Of a DNA stretch of 64,000 nt, positions 11,084 to 27,816 are shown one piece after another. Position numbers and translations under genes: made by a program. Position 1 is the first letter of the stretch. Each line of letters starts with the position of its first letter. The notes below the pieces were generated by a model. That model was given only the letters and a program-made list of their open reading frames with translations. It was not told the DNA's origin and did not search any database. The DNA lies in contig OZ316891.1 of NCBI GenBank assembly GCA_973895155.1, positions 27,627,561 to 27,691,560 of the forward strand, written 5' to 3'. The DNA comes from Marsupella aquatica (lineage: Eukaryota > Plantae > Marchantiophyta).

Positions 11084-14000
11084 CTAAAATGTGGCGCACC
11101 TAAAGCTTGAACCTGGCAGTGTACTGCAACAGACATTCCAACTCGTCTTGTGCCGGTTGTCCAATCCAAAGCTCTATGTCCAATCTCACCTGTCCGCATT
11201 GAGAGGTGGTCTAGCACAGAGTTATATATGGCTGCTACTGGAGGGTAGGCCAGGAAACTAGCCAAACCCTGTTGAATGCAGGTGGCCCTCCATACTTGCT
11301 GTCAGCTGCCTTGTATGGCGGATCGGTGTGAATTCTCTAAGAGCATTCCAACCTGTTGCGCTACATACCAGCTGGTGACCACTCTGGTTGAGCACAATAC
11401 TCCAAAGCAGTAATCCTCACCAAAATATGTTATGTTCTAATCTGCTCTCCAGGCCTGCCCAAACTTGCCTCGTGAGTACCATGAATCTATAACTTTAGAA
11501 CATAACACCCACTTGCCCCCATGGATCTAAATGTTGGACTACTGCAGCTCAGATGGACAGCAGACAAACCCTTTTTGTACTCAGATTTTTCTTTTGTAAA
11601 TCCACATTTTCTTGGTCTAAGAGTGATCTGGTCCAGACAGGTTCCAAGGGTCATGATATTGGTCATAGCATTATGTTAAGGACTCACAATCATACTAGCC
11701 GGAGCAATAATTGGGGAATTTGAAAATTTAAGTTTGAGCCACCTTTTGATCTGGATTGTCTATTTTCTGTACGAATGTCTAAGATCTCCCTCTGCCCATT
11801 GGATCATTCTGTAAATTATCCTGCCCCAACCATAGTACCGGCCCCAACCATAGTACCGGTTTTGGGTAGGAAGTAGTATCCCCCCTCCCCCCTCCCCCCT
11901 CTTTCCTTTATTCCTTTCGACTGCTCACTAGTGCAGGACGGGCAGTCAATGCATCCGGGCAGGTCAGGGGGGCAGCAGGAGCGAAAGGAGCACACTAATT
12001 TTGCTACCTCCCCAGGGCACTCACCTGGCCCACAAGGAAAAAAAGGACGAGCGGCAATGACTGCCATGTATTCTCCCCTCTGCATTTTTTACTTATTAAA
12101 ATATAAACAGTCCTTGAAGACAAAAGAAACGAAGAAAACGCGCCTTGGGTAGAGAACTCACAACTGGGGTGGAGGGTAAATGGACGCAACTCATTCATTG
12201 CAACCCCTTTTGGGTCCCACTTTTAGATTCTGCCCACCTGCCATATACCTTTGTGATTCTGCCCACCTGTCATATCCATTTTGGTGATAAGATAATTATC
12301 TTAATCTTAATCTTGTTTGCAGATGACTTTGGTGAACCCCACTTTGGGATTAGAGTTTGTGCCGCAGTAGGTCAACCTATAGATAATGAACTCGGATTCT
12401 CACTTGCCGCAATGAAGATTGCTACCACAGAGCTAAACTTGTTGGGATGACAATTGTCTATCACTCTCCCCACTGATTAGAGTTTTGCACACCATAGGTA
12501 AATTTCAAAAATGTGAAGCCACACACCCTTTGGTGTTCACCTTCTGTGCACGATAATGGTCATAATTATATGGTGGGACCCAACAGATGGCAATAAATGA
12601 GTTTCTTAGGAACACTCGTCAAGAATCTCACTAGTAAGGGCCATTGACAGTTTGGCTCGGAAAGCACATGAACTCATTAACATCAACCAGGTCTCGCCAC
12701 AGGAAATCTCACCGTCAAAGGGTTAACATGACTAATTGTTTCCAGGCTTGAAGCATCAGACAGGAGGGTAGACCCCAAGGTGTTACGTTACTGAGGTAGA
12801 CCTAGTATATATTCTCATTTTTCTATAGGACTGTCAGGCCTAGCCGCAACCATGACCCGAGTAGAGGAAAGAATTGTCCACCACAATGCATTGTGCTATA
12901 TAATGGGTTGCAAGAGAAAACCCAGATTATTGCAAAGGGTTCATGTACTCTACAAAATGTATTTTGGAACATGATGGCATGAAAAGGGTCACCCTTTTCT
13001 CCTTTGTAAAGACCAACTGCAGAGTTGGAAAAGGGTTGGGGAAAACTTGGGCGTCACAGCTGGCTAAATTTTTGGCAAACCAGACCACGAATGTAAACCG
13101 TAATTGAGCCCAAGTCGAAATATCAGAGGATATCCCAATCCAATTCCAGGAATGACAGACTTTGATCACAAATTAGAGTATATAAGAAGTAGCCCATAAA
13201 TAGATGGTGAGTACCTTGTGGCTGTTTGTAGCTCCGCCCCAACCATAGGTGTGCCCCCAAAGATGCCTGCAGAGTCGTGATCTATATGCTTTACTCTAGG
13301 CCCATATCCTCCCTTTTGTTTGCGCATTGTTTTGGTTAAGTGCGGAAATCTCTGGGCGCGACCCTCCTGGTGAACCTGATGGAAATGCAACTTTGGGGCA
13401 AACTTTTATTCATGGGATTGTTGGTTTGAGATGAGTAACAAAACTCATCCATGGGTGAAATCAACAGTATCAAGCTCCTAAATTTGGTCATTTTTCTGAG
13501 GGCTCTGAAGCATTCACATGGAGCAGTTTTTGGTGCAGAAGCGGGTGCACTGACCGCCCAGGTTGATGATGGCTGCGGTTTTTTGGAACCACAGACTTTT
13601 GACCCATGACCCAGCTAATAACATTCCGGTCAGGTAAACATCCATGGAACAGTTGGTTTAAGACTTCGGGCGTCTCAAATCTACAGGGCTGCAAACAGAT
13701 CCCTGACCCAAAAGTATGAGGATTGGGCTTTGGTGAGAAGTGGTAAACCATGTATTTGTTGGCCGCTTTACTCCTAGGAAAATCTGTTGATCGTAACCAG
13801 AGCCAAAATAGAAGGGTTTGAGGCATCTGGAACTTGTTTACCTTTTTGTCAGTTACTGTAGCTCTCATGAGAAATCTATATCTGTGACTTCGACCAAGGC
13901 TCAATTTCAGGGCAAACTCAATCAGTAAAGACTTTCTTGATTTTTCTCTTTGTGTTTTTGAGTGCATTAATTTCCCATACAGCCTCCTTTCTTTTGGGGA

Positions 14001-15517
14001 GGGCATTATGAGAAGTATCACAAAAATAGTAAAGGTAAAACCCAAATATAGTGTTACCAAATAAAATAACATAGTAACTTGTATCAAAATCACAAGATTT
14101 ATTTTAAAACTTTTTTCATGCCTTTGACCAATTGAAGGCACTTTGGCTTGTATTTTCTATTCATAGATTCACCTTTTCTTGTTTGTCACCGAAAAATCAC
14201 TCAAGTTTTTACGCACATTAATGTCTTGGTCGTTGGGTTGAAATGGGTTTCCACACCCTCCAACGGGTCCACTGCCAATAATTCTTGAAGGGAATGCATA
14301 AGATGCGGAACACATTCACATATGTAGGGGAGGTGCGAGAGCCCTCACCAATTTTCTTCGCCCCTTTGTTAAAACCCACGACCGACCTCCGGTTCCACAG
14401 AGAACCCGGGGTCCCGGTTCCCGCTATCTGGTTCAAAATATAATAATTATAATTATAATAATAGAAAAGGCACGTTACTTTTGGCTGTCTCCGGGCCCCG
14501 AGGGCACCCACCTCCTGCCCGCGGGCGGGAAAGCAGGATTGGATTCGGGCAGCGCCGGGCAGGGCAGCTGGAGCGATTCCGGAAGAGAGTTGAGCGGCGG
14601 CTGGCTGCGTGTATCCAGTCACGTCCAATGAGCGGCGTTCCGATCGCATCGCACGGAGGAGGATCCGCAATGACGACGCAGCAGACGCCAGAAAAGATTG
14701 TCGACGCAGCAGCCCTGCCCGTCCCCGCGCGTCGAATTGAAGAATCGCAGTCGCACTCCCTCTCTCTCTACTTTGCATCTCTCTAGTTTGGGTTCCCTCC
14801 GTCCGCTCCCCTCCCCTCCCCTCCCCTCCCCCCTCTCGCCTCCCCCTCCCCCTGTCTCATTGATCTCGACGTCGACGCCATGGAGGAGGGCTGTTCCCTC
14901 TTCTCCCCTCGTGCTTCGCTCTGCTCTACACTCTGCTCTTGCGGCGGGCGATGGTCGTGGCCTTCTGCACCAGCCGCACTACCACACTACGACTACTACC
15001 ACTACTACTACTACAGCATTCTCCTCGTGTGGAGCGGCGGTCGAGACGAGACACGGACGAGATAGACTAGACTGTTGCTGCGCCTCCATTCGCCCGTCAA
15101 TGTCGTCGCCGTAGAGAGGCGGAGCAGTGCGGAAAGAAGCTGACGACGGAGATCGGTGTTGTTCCCCGCTTTTCTGCCTTTGATTTCGGTTCTGTTCGTG
15201 AAGAAACGCTCGTTCTAGAGTAGATAGAGGTGGTGGTGGTGGTGGCGGTGCTGCTGATGATGATGGTGCTGATGATGCCGTGGTTCGCTTGATCTTTTGG
15301 TGTGCTGTGTGCTGCGCGCTGTTGAGGCGTCGGTGCTCGTGGGATGATTTTGTGAAGTTTTCTCCTCTCGCTCGCTTTGGAGTGGAGAGTGGGGTGGTGA
15401 TTGATCGACGCTGGTTTTGCTTCACGTGGAGAGGCGGAGAAGTGCGTGACCTTCTCGTGCTGTTGCTGGTGCTGCTACTGCTTCTGTGCTGTTCTGTGTC
15501 TGGGCAGGCTGTCGAAG

Positions 15518-19919
<4,402 letters not shown>

Positions 19920-21107
19920 TTGGCATGCAGTGGACAGATGCTTCGGGGCATCTGCTTTTTATACCAGCTTTGGGGTGGTCTACAGCAATGTTTGCTGCCG
20001 GACCCCTTTTCTATGGAAGTCTCCTATCTTGTACCAATTTAAGCTCCTTTTCTATGGAAGTCTCCTACCGTTGTACCAACTTATTGACCTATACTGCCTG
20101 TTCCTAGATTGGACCGAGGGAGCTTGACTTGACAAGCTCGGTCACCATCCGTGATGGTGTTGGGCGGTAGAACAAGTCGGAGGACAACAGAATTCTGACC
20201 GAGTCACAAAGAGTGGAGTACCCTGAGCCATATTTGTTGCAGCACTCTTTCTCGCTGATTAGGAGCCAATTTTGTAGCTCATTAACCTCTAAGATAGTTT
20301 AGGGATTTCCTACAATGTATGTTAACTCCCGCCATTCTTAAGATTATTCGTCAATTAGGCAGTTTGCAATACAGCTGCCGCCCATTCATGTCAATCTTAG
20401 GTTCGCTGTGGATGCCCCGGTGCTAGGTGAATTGTGGTTCTGACAAATAATGATGAACCCTTTACCTTACCCGGTGGTGAGTTCTTGCGAGCAGGTCCTC
20501 ATTATCCTACGTAGATTCATCCAGTCTCGATGGACCTGTTCATTTGAGAGGAGAATCACTGGATACTCCTATGGTTACTGTCATCCTCCATGTACCATTG
20601 AAAAGAGAATTACCAGCTGAAAGTTGGTGGTAAACTCATTTCAAAAACGCTCTTGTGCCTTCGGAATTTGAGAAGGCTTACAGTAAATTGTTGCACTTTT
20701 GAAAAGTTCCATGGAATCTATCGTGTCACGCACTGGTTTCGAGTCGTGTTTTGGATTTTCGATCATGCTTCCTGTTGCAGTTTGTTTCTGTTCGAATCAA
20801 TTGGTTGTGAATGCTGGAGCAATACAACGCTTTCCACATTAGAACTCCCGATGTTCAGCATAGATCACGTATATTTCACTTGCTTCTGAATTATTTTTGC
20901 TGTAGTCAGTTGCTGAAGTAATTGCTGCCCTCTTTCCGTCGTTACTTCCAATGCCCGCAGCTGTGACCTTCATGTCAGTTGCTTCAAACATTTACTTGGG
21001 TGGTAATTCAAATACTGTACCAAAAAGGTGATCGTCATAGTTTACAGTGGAGACCTTTCTCGTATACAGGTGGAGAACAGAAGGAAAGCTGGATGCAAAG
21101 TATCTGA

Positions 21108-21327
21108 CTAAAGAGAGGAATGGACAGGCATTACGCAGAATTTTACTCCTACCTTAAAAGGTAATGGAAAAGCTACGCCAACTAAAGAGAGGAATGGACA
21201 GGCATTACGCAGAATTATACCCCTACCTTAAAAGGTAATGGAAAAGCTACGCCAACTAAAGAGAGGAATGGACAGGCATTACACAGAATTATAGCCCTAC
21301 TTTAAAGGTAATGGAAAAGCTCTGCCA
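21108..21327. repeat. Tandem repeat, 74 bp x3
   Basis: CTAAAGAGAGGAATGGACAGGCATTACGCAGAATT...AAAGGTAATGGAAAAGCT starts at 21108, 21182 and 21256. Confidence 0.95.
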
Positions 21328-22263
21328 TTAACCATGGCCAGTTTCTAACCGACAGAAGTTTTGGCTAAAGCTCACTTCAGAGACGAACTCCCCTACTGGA
21401 CAGTTGTCCCTGTGCGTTAGGCCCCCCTAGATGTACACGGCGAAAAGGCAATGGTGACAAACGCTGACAACCCTGGCGCAATGAAGACGCTCTTGAAAAA
21501 TTGATGCATTTCCAGGCCGAGCTTCATCGTTTTCATAAGCGGAAAGTGAAGAAGCGATCACTACCTGTCCCCTTTTCATGGGTGCAGAAGTAGGCCCTAC
21601 AGGACGAGCAATGAGCTTTTGCTAATTCCACTGGACTCTGCATGCAGACCTCTCTTTTTGTCGATTGATTCACCAGCAGAACCAATCGACAAGAAAGAGA
21701 CCAACCGACCACGGCATTGGCCCACGGATCTGCCCACGAAGGAGTCGAGCACATTTTACGGTGGAACAGGCTCAGAACATCTATTCACACTTCACAGTTC
21801 CAGAGTCCATGTTTTCTTTCAAGGCCCATAATGTACGTGCCTCCCACTCAGAGATCAGGAAGCTTCGAAGATACATTCCTGGAAGATATGTCGCTCACAA
21901 ATTCAATCGGAAGTTTTACTTAGGTAGCAATCATTTCTTGGAAAAGCGGTGCAACTATGAGGCTTTCTCATCAAACCGTGAGATTCATACAGTCTGCATC
22001 GCTATCAGCACACAATTTATGTGATAGAAAATAGCGCCCACATTCGAATTGCTCGATATTTGTGACCCACGTAAGCATCCTTAAAAGAATTTAAAAATAT
22101 GAGGCCTGTGTAGCCGGGTCACTTTTCAACCAAAAGTGCACACTTTCTCTATAAGCGATTTCTTTTTCTTCTTTACCAAGTTACTGAACTCTATAATTAC
22201 TGGAACAAAAACCCATCAGGTAACGGAAGAAAAAGGAGCCGGCAGTCTGTTTAGGGTAACCCA

Positions 22264-22417
22264 CTGAAGCTTATATAGGGCACAATTGGCTGGTCTATAT
22301 TGTCTGCTGTAGTCCCCCCCCCCCCCCCCCAAGCTTATATAGGGCACCATTTGTTTTAAGATGAAATTTTGAGATTGTCGTGACCCCCTGAAGCTTATAT
22401 AGGGCACAATTTGTTTT
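22264..22417. repeat. Three copies of AAGCTTATATAGGGCAC(A/C)ATT around a poly-C tract
   Basis: Copies at ~22267, 22331 and 22391; C-run at 22315-22330. Confidence 0.75.
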
Positions 22418-22859
22418 ACTATGAAGTTCTGAGATTGGGACCTGGAGGGCCCGAAAGGTTTCTGCCCTTGCCCTTGGAACTCCAAAAGTTTTGCAGTCAG
22501 GCCATACACAGGATGGGGTTCAAGCATGTAACTCTGGTTGGCTTATGTGCTGGCATGAGTCAGGTTCATAGCCACATTCTTCAGGGCTGTTCACATGCGA
22601 GTTGGCTCTTAGTGTAGTGGGTGGTGGGCAAGAACCCGCCCCAACCTCACAAAAGCCTTGTTTTTGCTCAGATGATTTACAGTACACCTGCATGTGAAAG
22701 TGTGATAAGAGAACAAGACAACCATCTTTAGAAAGCAATTACTCTCTCAATAATGAATCAAAGGTGATGGTATTATCGTGGGGAATCTTTGTTTAGTAAG
22801 TTCCTCCTAAGTATAGCTTAGTAGTATAGGATAGTAGTTTAAATTCTCGCATATGCAGT

Positions 22860-23146
22860 CTATAGTGTGCATGCTACAGTGCACAACCTACAGTGTGCAT
22901 GCTACAGTACACGGTCTACAGTATGCATGCTATATTGTTCGATGTACAGTGTGCATGCTACAGTGCAAGACCTACAGTGTACGATCTACAGTGTGCATGC
23001 TACAGTGTACATGCTACAGTGTATGATCTACAGTGTGCATGCTACAGTGTACGATCTACAGTGTGCATGTTACAGTGTACGATCTACAGTATGCATGCTA
23101 TAGTGTACGATCTACAGTGTGCATGCTACAGAGTACTGTCTACAGT
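22860..23146. repeat. Minisatellite of 14-bp units CTACAGTGT(GCATG/ACGAT), mostly alternating (28-bp higher order)
   Basis: About 20 units directly visible; nine TGCATG hexamers. Confidence 0.95.
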
Positions 23147-23365
23147 TGCTCCGCTCACGTAACTACAGTACTAGCACACTTACTTGCCTTGGATGTGTGA
23201 CACATGGCTTCCATCCGTGTGCCATGCTTGATCCGTGTGCTTGAGGTGTGAGCACTATAAATAAAGAGGATAGGGGCTCTCTCCCCTCACTCCCCATTTT
23301 TCATCAACTAAGTTGTGAAGTTTTAAAAATCCATTGGACTTGATGATCTCTTCTATGAATATAAC

Positions 23366-23628
23366 CCTTATGAAGTAGACCCACTCATGCACTCTTGCTT
23401 AGAGCTTCGGCTCGGCCAGGGATATTTTGTATGAGTCGGACCTTCAGAAAATGTTGTCATTTGATAGGAGATGGTTATTAAGTTCTAAAGAGTTGGAAAG
23501 TGCTCAACAATGCCTTGACATCATATGCTCCCTTTTGGGTGAAATCCTTATGAAGTAGACCCACTCATGCACTCTTGCTTAGAGCTTCGGCTCGGCCAGA
23601 GGTATTTTGTATGAGTTGGACCTTCAGA
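23366..23628. repeat. Direct repeat of ~83 bp at 180-bp spacing
   Basis: CCTTATGAAGTAGACCCACTCATGCACTCTTGCTTAGAGCTTCGGCTCGGCCAG..TATTTTGTATGAGT.GGACCTTCAGA at 23366 and 23546. Confidence 0.9.
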
Positions 23629-25687
23629 TAGTATTTTCATTCAAAAGAAGATCAACCTATTAAGATAAACATCTGCATGTATATACTTAGAGTTAACTCA
23701 ATGCATGATATTTGTTTGAAATGGATGATCTTTTTGTTGAATGATTCTATCTCCTGTCATTAGAATGAAAATTAGTTGGATGGAATATTTGATAGTACGA
23801 TAATGCCCAGACCAGTACCTATTCTTCCTCTCCCTAATCCTTTCCTTATTAGAATTCATGTACTCCAAAAAGAGATAATGCGTCAGCATATGACTTTTCA
23901 CTTTGGAGAAGCATTTGCAACTGCGGTATTAAATTCAATAGAGCCAATTGTATACCCTTATGTAGTTTACGGGCAGGATTGGGCTTGCACAATTTTTATC
24001 TTGTATTGAGATGGATCTCAACAAACCTCCCTCTGATGAGCCTCCCGTTTCTTTCTCGTTGGGAGATATTCGTTTTGTAACTCGACCCAAGGTAGCTGCC
24101 AAGGAGGCAATAGTCCGTAGGTATGGAGAAAAGGGTTATGATGTTGTGCTTTCATCCACGGAACCGTTCCTTGTGGTGTCTGCTACCCAGTCTAGAATAG
24201 TAATCATGATCTTAACTTAAGTTCTCTCTTGACACTAGCAGCCATAGGCCCGGTGCTTCCTCAAGAACCACATTTTCCCCCAGACAGTATTGGGCTTGTG
24301 GGCAACTATTTCCAAGCCCATGAACAACTGATTTGATTAAATACCAATGGAGAAATTGAAGGGCAAAATTTGTTGGTCAAAAACTTTTGAGATCATGAAC
24401 TATGTATTTTAGGGAAGATGTACTTTTGGGGAATCTATGAGTGTCAATTCTTGATGAAATTGGAAATATGCTCAGTGGAAAACAAATTCCAAGCCACTTC
24501 TATCTCAAAGAACAGCCTAGTAGCAAGGAATAATTTTTGTTGGTCAAAAGATTTTTGGAAGTGGGAAGACTGTCGGCTAGTGAGGGTGTCACGGGTGTCA
24601 CTGGGCATGGAGGTTATTAATGGGGTTCTTCAGGAACTCAGTGCATCCAAGCATCTATTTCCAAACCTGCAGTAGACTTTCAGACCAAGAGCATTGTGTA
24701 ATCCTGTCCGAGTCCACAGGTTTTGACAAAGATCCTATCTCAGCCTATGACTCAAGAAATAAGAAAAGGGCAGCCGAGTGTGAAGCATAGCATAGAGACA
24801 AGACATCCTCCCTGCCCCACCATTCAGAGTTTGTCTATTTGAGATCTATATTATAGCATGTTCATCATCCTGGAACATGCTTCTTCTTTTTTTGTCTTGT
24901 AGTGATATGTGTAAGAGATATAATTTTTTTACAATAAAATATAATAGTAGAAATATAAGATATGTCAAGAAAATAATATCTTTTTACAATGAGTGGGATA
25001 CAAGCCTAGAAGTAGGGCACAAGGAAAGAAATACACATTATGATCAGGAAAAGTACAAGTTTTATGGAATAAAGATATTAAATAGCTGTGCACATAAGGT
25101 ACACATACTCACTTGCACTTGCAGGACGTAATGACAATTAATTCAATCAAAACCACAAGTTTAAGAAACCCAATCATAGAGGGAACTTAAGACACTAGTT
25201 GTTCACACTTCTCATGAGAAGAAATCTCTCAACTTGTAGGAGTTTAAAATTAGTGGTAAAGTATGTGCTTAGGATAGTAAAGATTAAAAAGTGAAGAGGG
25301 GTGTAAAATTGAACTCAAAATACTCTAGGACAGCAAAAAAATTAAGTGGGGTCCCAAAATTCATTCCTAATCTATATCACACAAACTATACACCTAGAGA
25401 AGGCACATTCAAAGATAGTATTTGACTGAAAATACTAAGAAGACAAAATCAGAGAGGTGTATTCACCATATAGCAGCATCAAAATTCAGAGTTGTCTATT
25501 TGAGATCTATATGTACTATCATTCACAATCAAAATCTATTCATGACCAGCTTTGTAGAGTGAAGCCATAGATGACAATGTTTTTGGTAACTTTGATATTT
25601 AGATAATGCTTATTGAGTAGGGATGGGCATAGGGAATCAGGATAATGGGAGCTCTTCCTGTGCATCATGGGTAATGTGGCTCCTGTA

Positions 25688-27065
25688 TTTTTTTTTGGTT
25701 TTTTTTGGTTTTTTTGGGTGGAACTCGGCAATTTATTAAAATGACCACCATGGCGAAGACCAGCGGGGCACAAAACAATACAAGCCAAGGGACATGAAAC
25801 ACCACAACCAACGCCAAAATGCCAACACCGCAACAGACCTCAAAGCCAACAACAGACAGCAGGGCCAAGAGGGAGTAAAAACCAGAAACAAAACCACACA
25901 AAAGAAAGGCAAAGTACTAATTGCCCAATGGTAAGGGTGACACTAACATAGTCAAAAAGGAGGTACTAGCAACAACCCAACAATCAATTCAATTGCTACT
26001 AGAAGCCCTAGCAATCAAAGCAGTGATTTCAATTAGAGTGTGATGTAGGCTTTGTGCACACTGCTAGTCTGTTGAAGAGTAGTTTGAATGTGAACAACAG
26101 CTCCTTGTATAATGAGGTGCAACAGAAGCCTTGTAAGGCTAGCATGAAATGTGCGTTGCCACCGTTCAGTCCAGATGCTACTAATCATCGCATGGATTAG
26201 AAGGAGGAAGCTAGGATTGCACTTCTGGGACCTAATAGCAATGTCAACCTTGCCAAAGAAGGAGCAGCCACCAGCCTTATTCAAACTGGTGCCAACAGCA
26301 AGTAGTTCTAGTTGATTCCAATGAGGTCTCAATCGTGGGCAGTCGTAGAACATGTGTTCAATTATAGTTTCTATGTGCCCTTTGCACGTTGTGCAATGGC
26401 CATCACTCATGGACCACTTCAATGCATGCAAATTTGAGAAAAACCCCACTTGGAGCACCTTCCAAAAAACAAGCTTAACACTAGGAGAGGTTTAACCTTT
26501 CCAGAGATGCGTCCTTCGGCTCCTCCAAATTTCCTCTGAGTCAAGAGAGAACCACCTACGGTTGAGTTGCGCCGTGGGTGTAGGTTGCTGCTGCGCCATC
26601 GCAGCCCACATCTTGGTAGGAAGATTCCACCCATTCTTCTCACCTTTGGGCCATTTCCAGACCCACCCCTCAAAAGTGAGGAGCCTCTCCTCCGTTGGCC
26701 CATTGGAGGTGTTTAACAAACCAAGGAGTTGTGGAAGAAGTTGCAAAGCACTATGGCGGGTCACTTGAAGCGGTCAGTGGATCTATTCCAAACTTTTCTA
26801 GCCATAAGCTGGTGCGGCAAGGTCCTTCACAATGAAGACCTTGCTCTTAGTCAAAAAGCTCTTAGTTACCTTCCTGCATCTTGTGGTCTGTGAGGGTTAG
26901 GTGCTTCCCCACAAGAAGAACAAGTTGGTCAATGGAAAGGTAGGTTGGAATTTTTCAGGCAGCAATGACAAAGTGGATATTACACTTTGATGAGTCCCAA
27001 CCCTTAAGCATATGGGTGAGGGTAGGCACGGATGCAACCTGAAGGCCAGGGGAGAGGAGGAGGAG
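25688..27065 (-). mobile_element. 5'-truncated, degenerate L1-type LINE 3' fragment
   Basis: ORF 26033-26458 has a zf-RVT-like C..C...ET..H.F..C motif and ..IWTER; upstream fragments are frameshifted; A-rich tail on the minus strand at ~25688-25715. Confidence 0.75.
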
Positions 27066-27611
27066 ATCTATCCTTTTTTTTTCCATTCTCATTCTAGTTT
27101 TGTCTTTATTTTGAATCAATGCCACTTTTGTCAATCTCATTTAAAATTTTGGCCTTATTCAATATATTGTTAATTTGTCTCTCATTGGGAGAATGTTAGA
27201 GTATTCACTCTAGACCTAGGCCCTTAGGCTTCAATTAGCGCTTTTATGGTAAATAGCGCTTTTATGGTAAGATGTGAGTCATGGAGAGAAAATTGTAGGG
27301 TACTTAAAATGCACAATCCAGGAATATTCATAGGATTTTTCTGGAAAACATAGTTTTATCAGTGTTTACCTTGATTTCAAAGTAACTACTGAATGTACGA
27401 CACCGCTGTTCATAACCTCATCGTCCGTACGGTAGAATAAGAAAATCGGCCCCCCTGGCCCCTGCCCTACCCGGCGGCCGGCGCACTGTAGCTGCCTGAA
27501 TTCTGGGACCGGTACATTACCGGACCTTTACTAACAAGGGCCCAGAAAAACGAGAGAAAGACGAATCGGTACAGTGCTGGGGGTCCATTCCCGATAATTA
27601 CTTGAAGGCTT

Positions 27612-27810
27612 CCCTGCCCCACCCTGCCCTGCCCGTCTTGCCCCATGGTGCCCAACCAGCATACAATTGTAGTTGGAAGGTTTCTCGACATGACCGTTCC
27701 CTGCCCTGCCCTGCCCTGCCCTACCCTACCCTGCCCTACCCTACCCTGCCCCTGCCCTGTCCCTGCCCTGCCCCTGCCCCTGCCCGTCAGGTCCTGCCCG
27801 CCAGCCCATT
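27612..27810. repeat. (CCCTG/CCCTA)n pentamer microsatellite-like tract
   Basis: Directly visible; abuts the poly(A) end of the large LINE. Confidence 0.85.
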
Positions 27811-27816
27811 GCGAGT

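Noticed and set aside
22867-23162. Repetitive ORFs (CACYSVRSTV / VYDLQ)
   Set aside because: Artefacts of translating a minisatellite.
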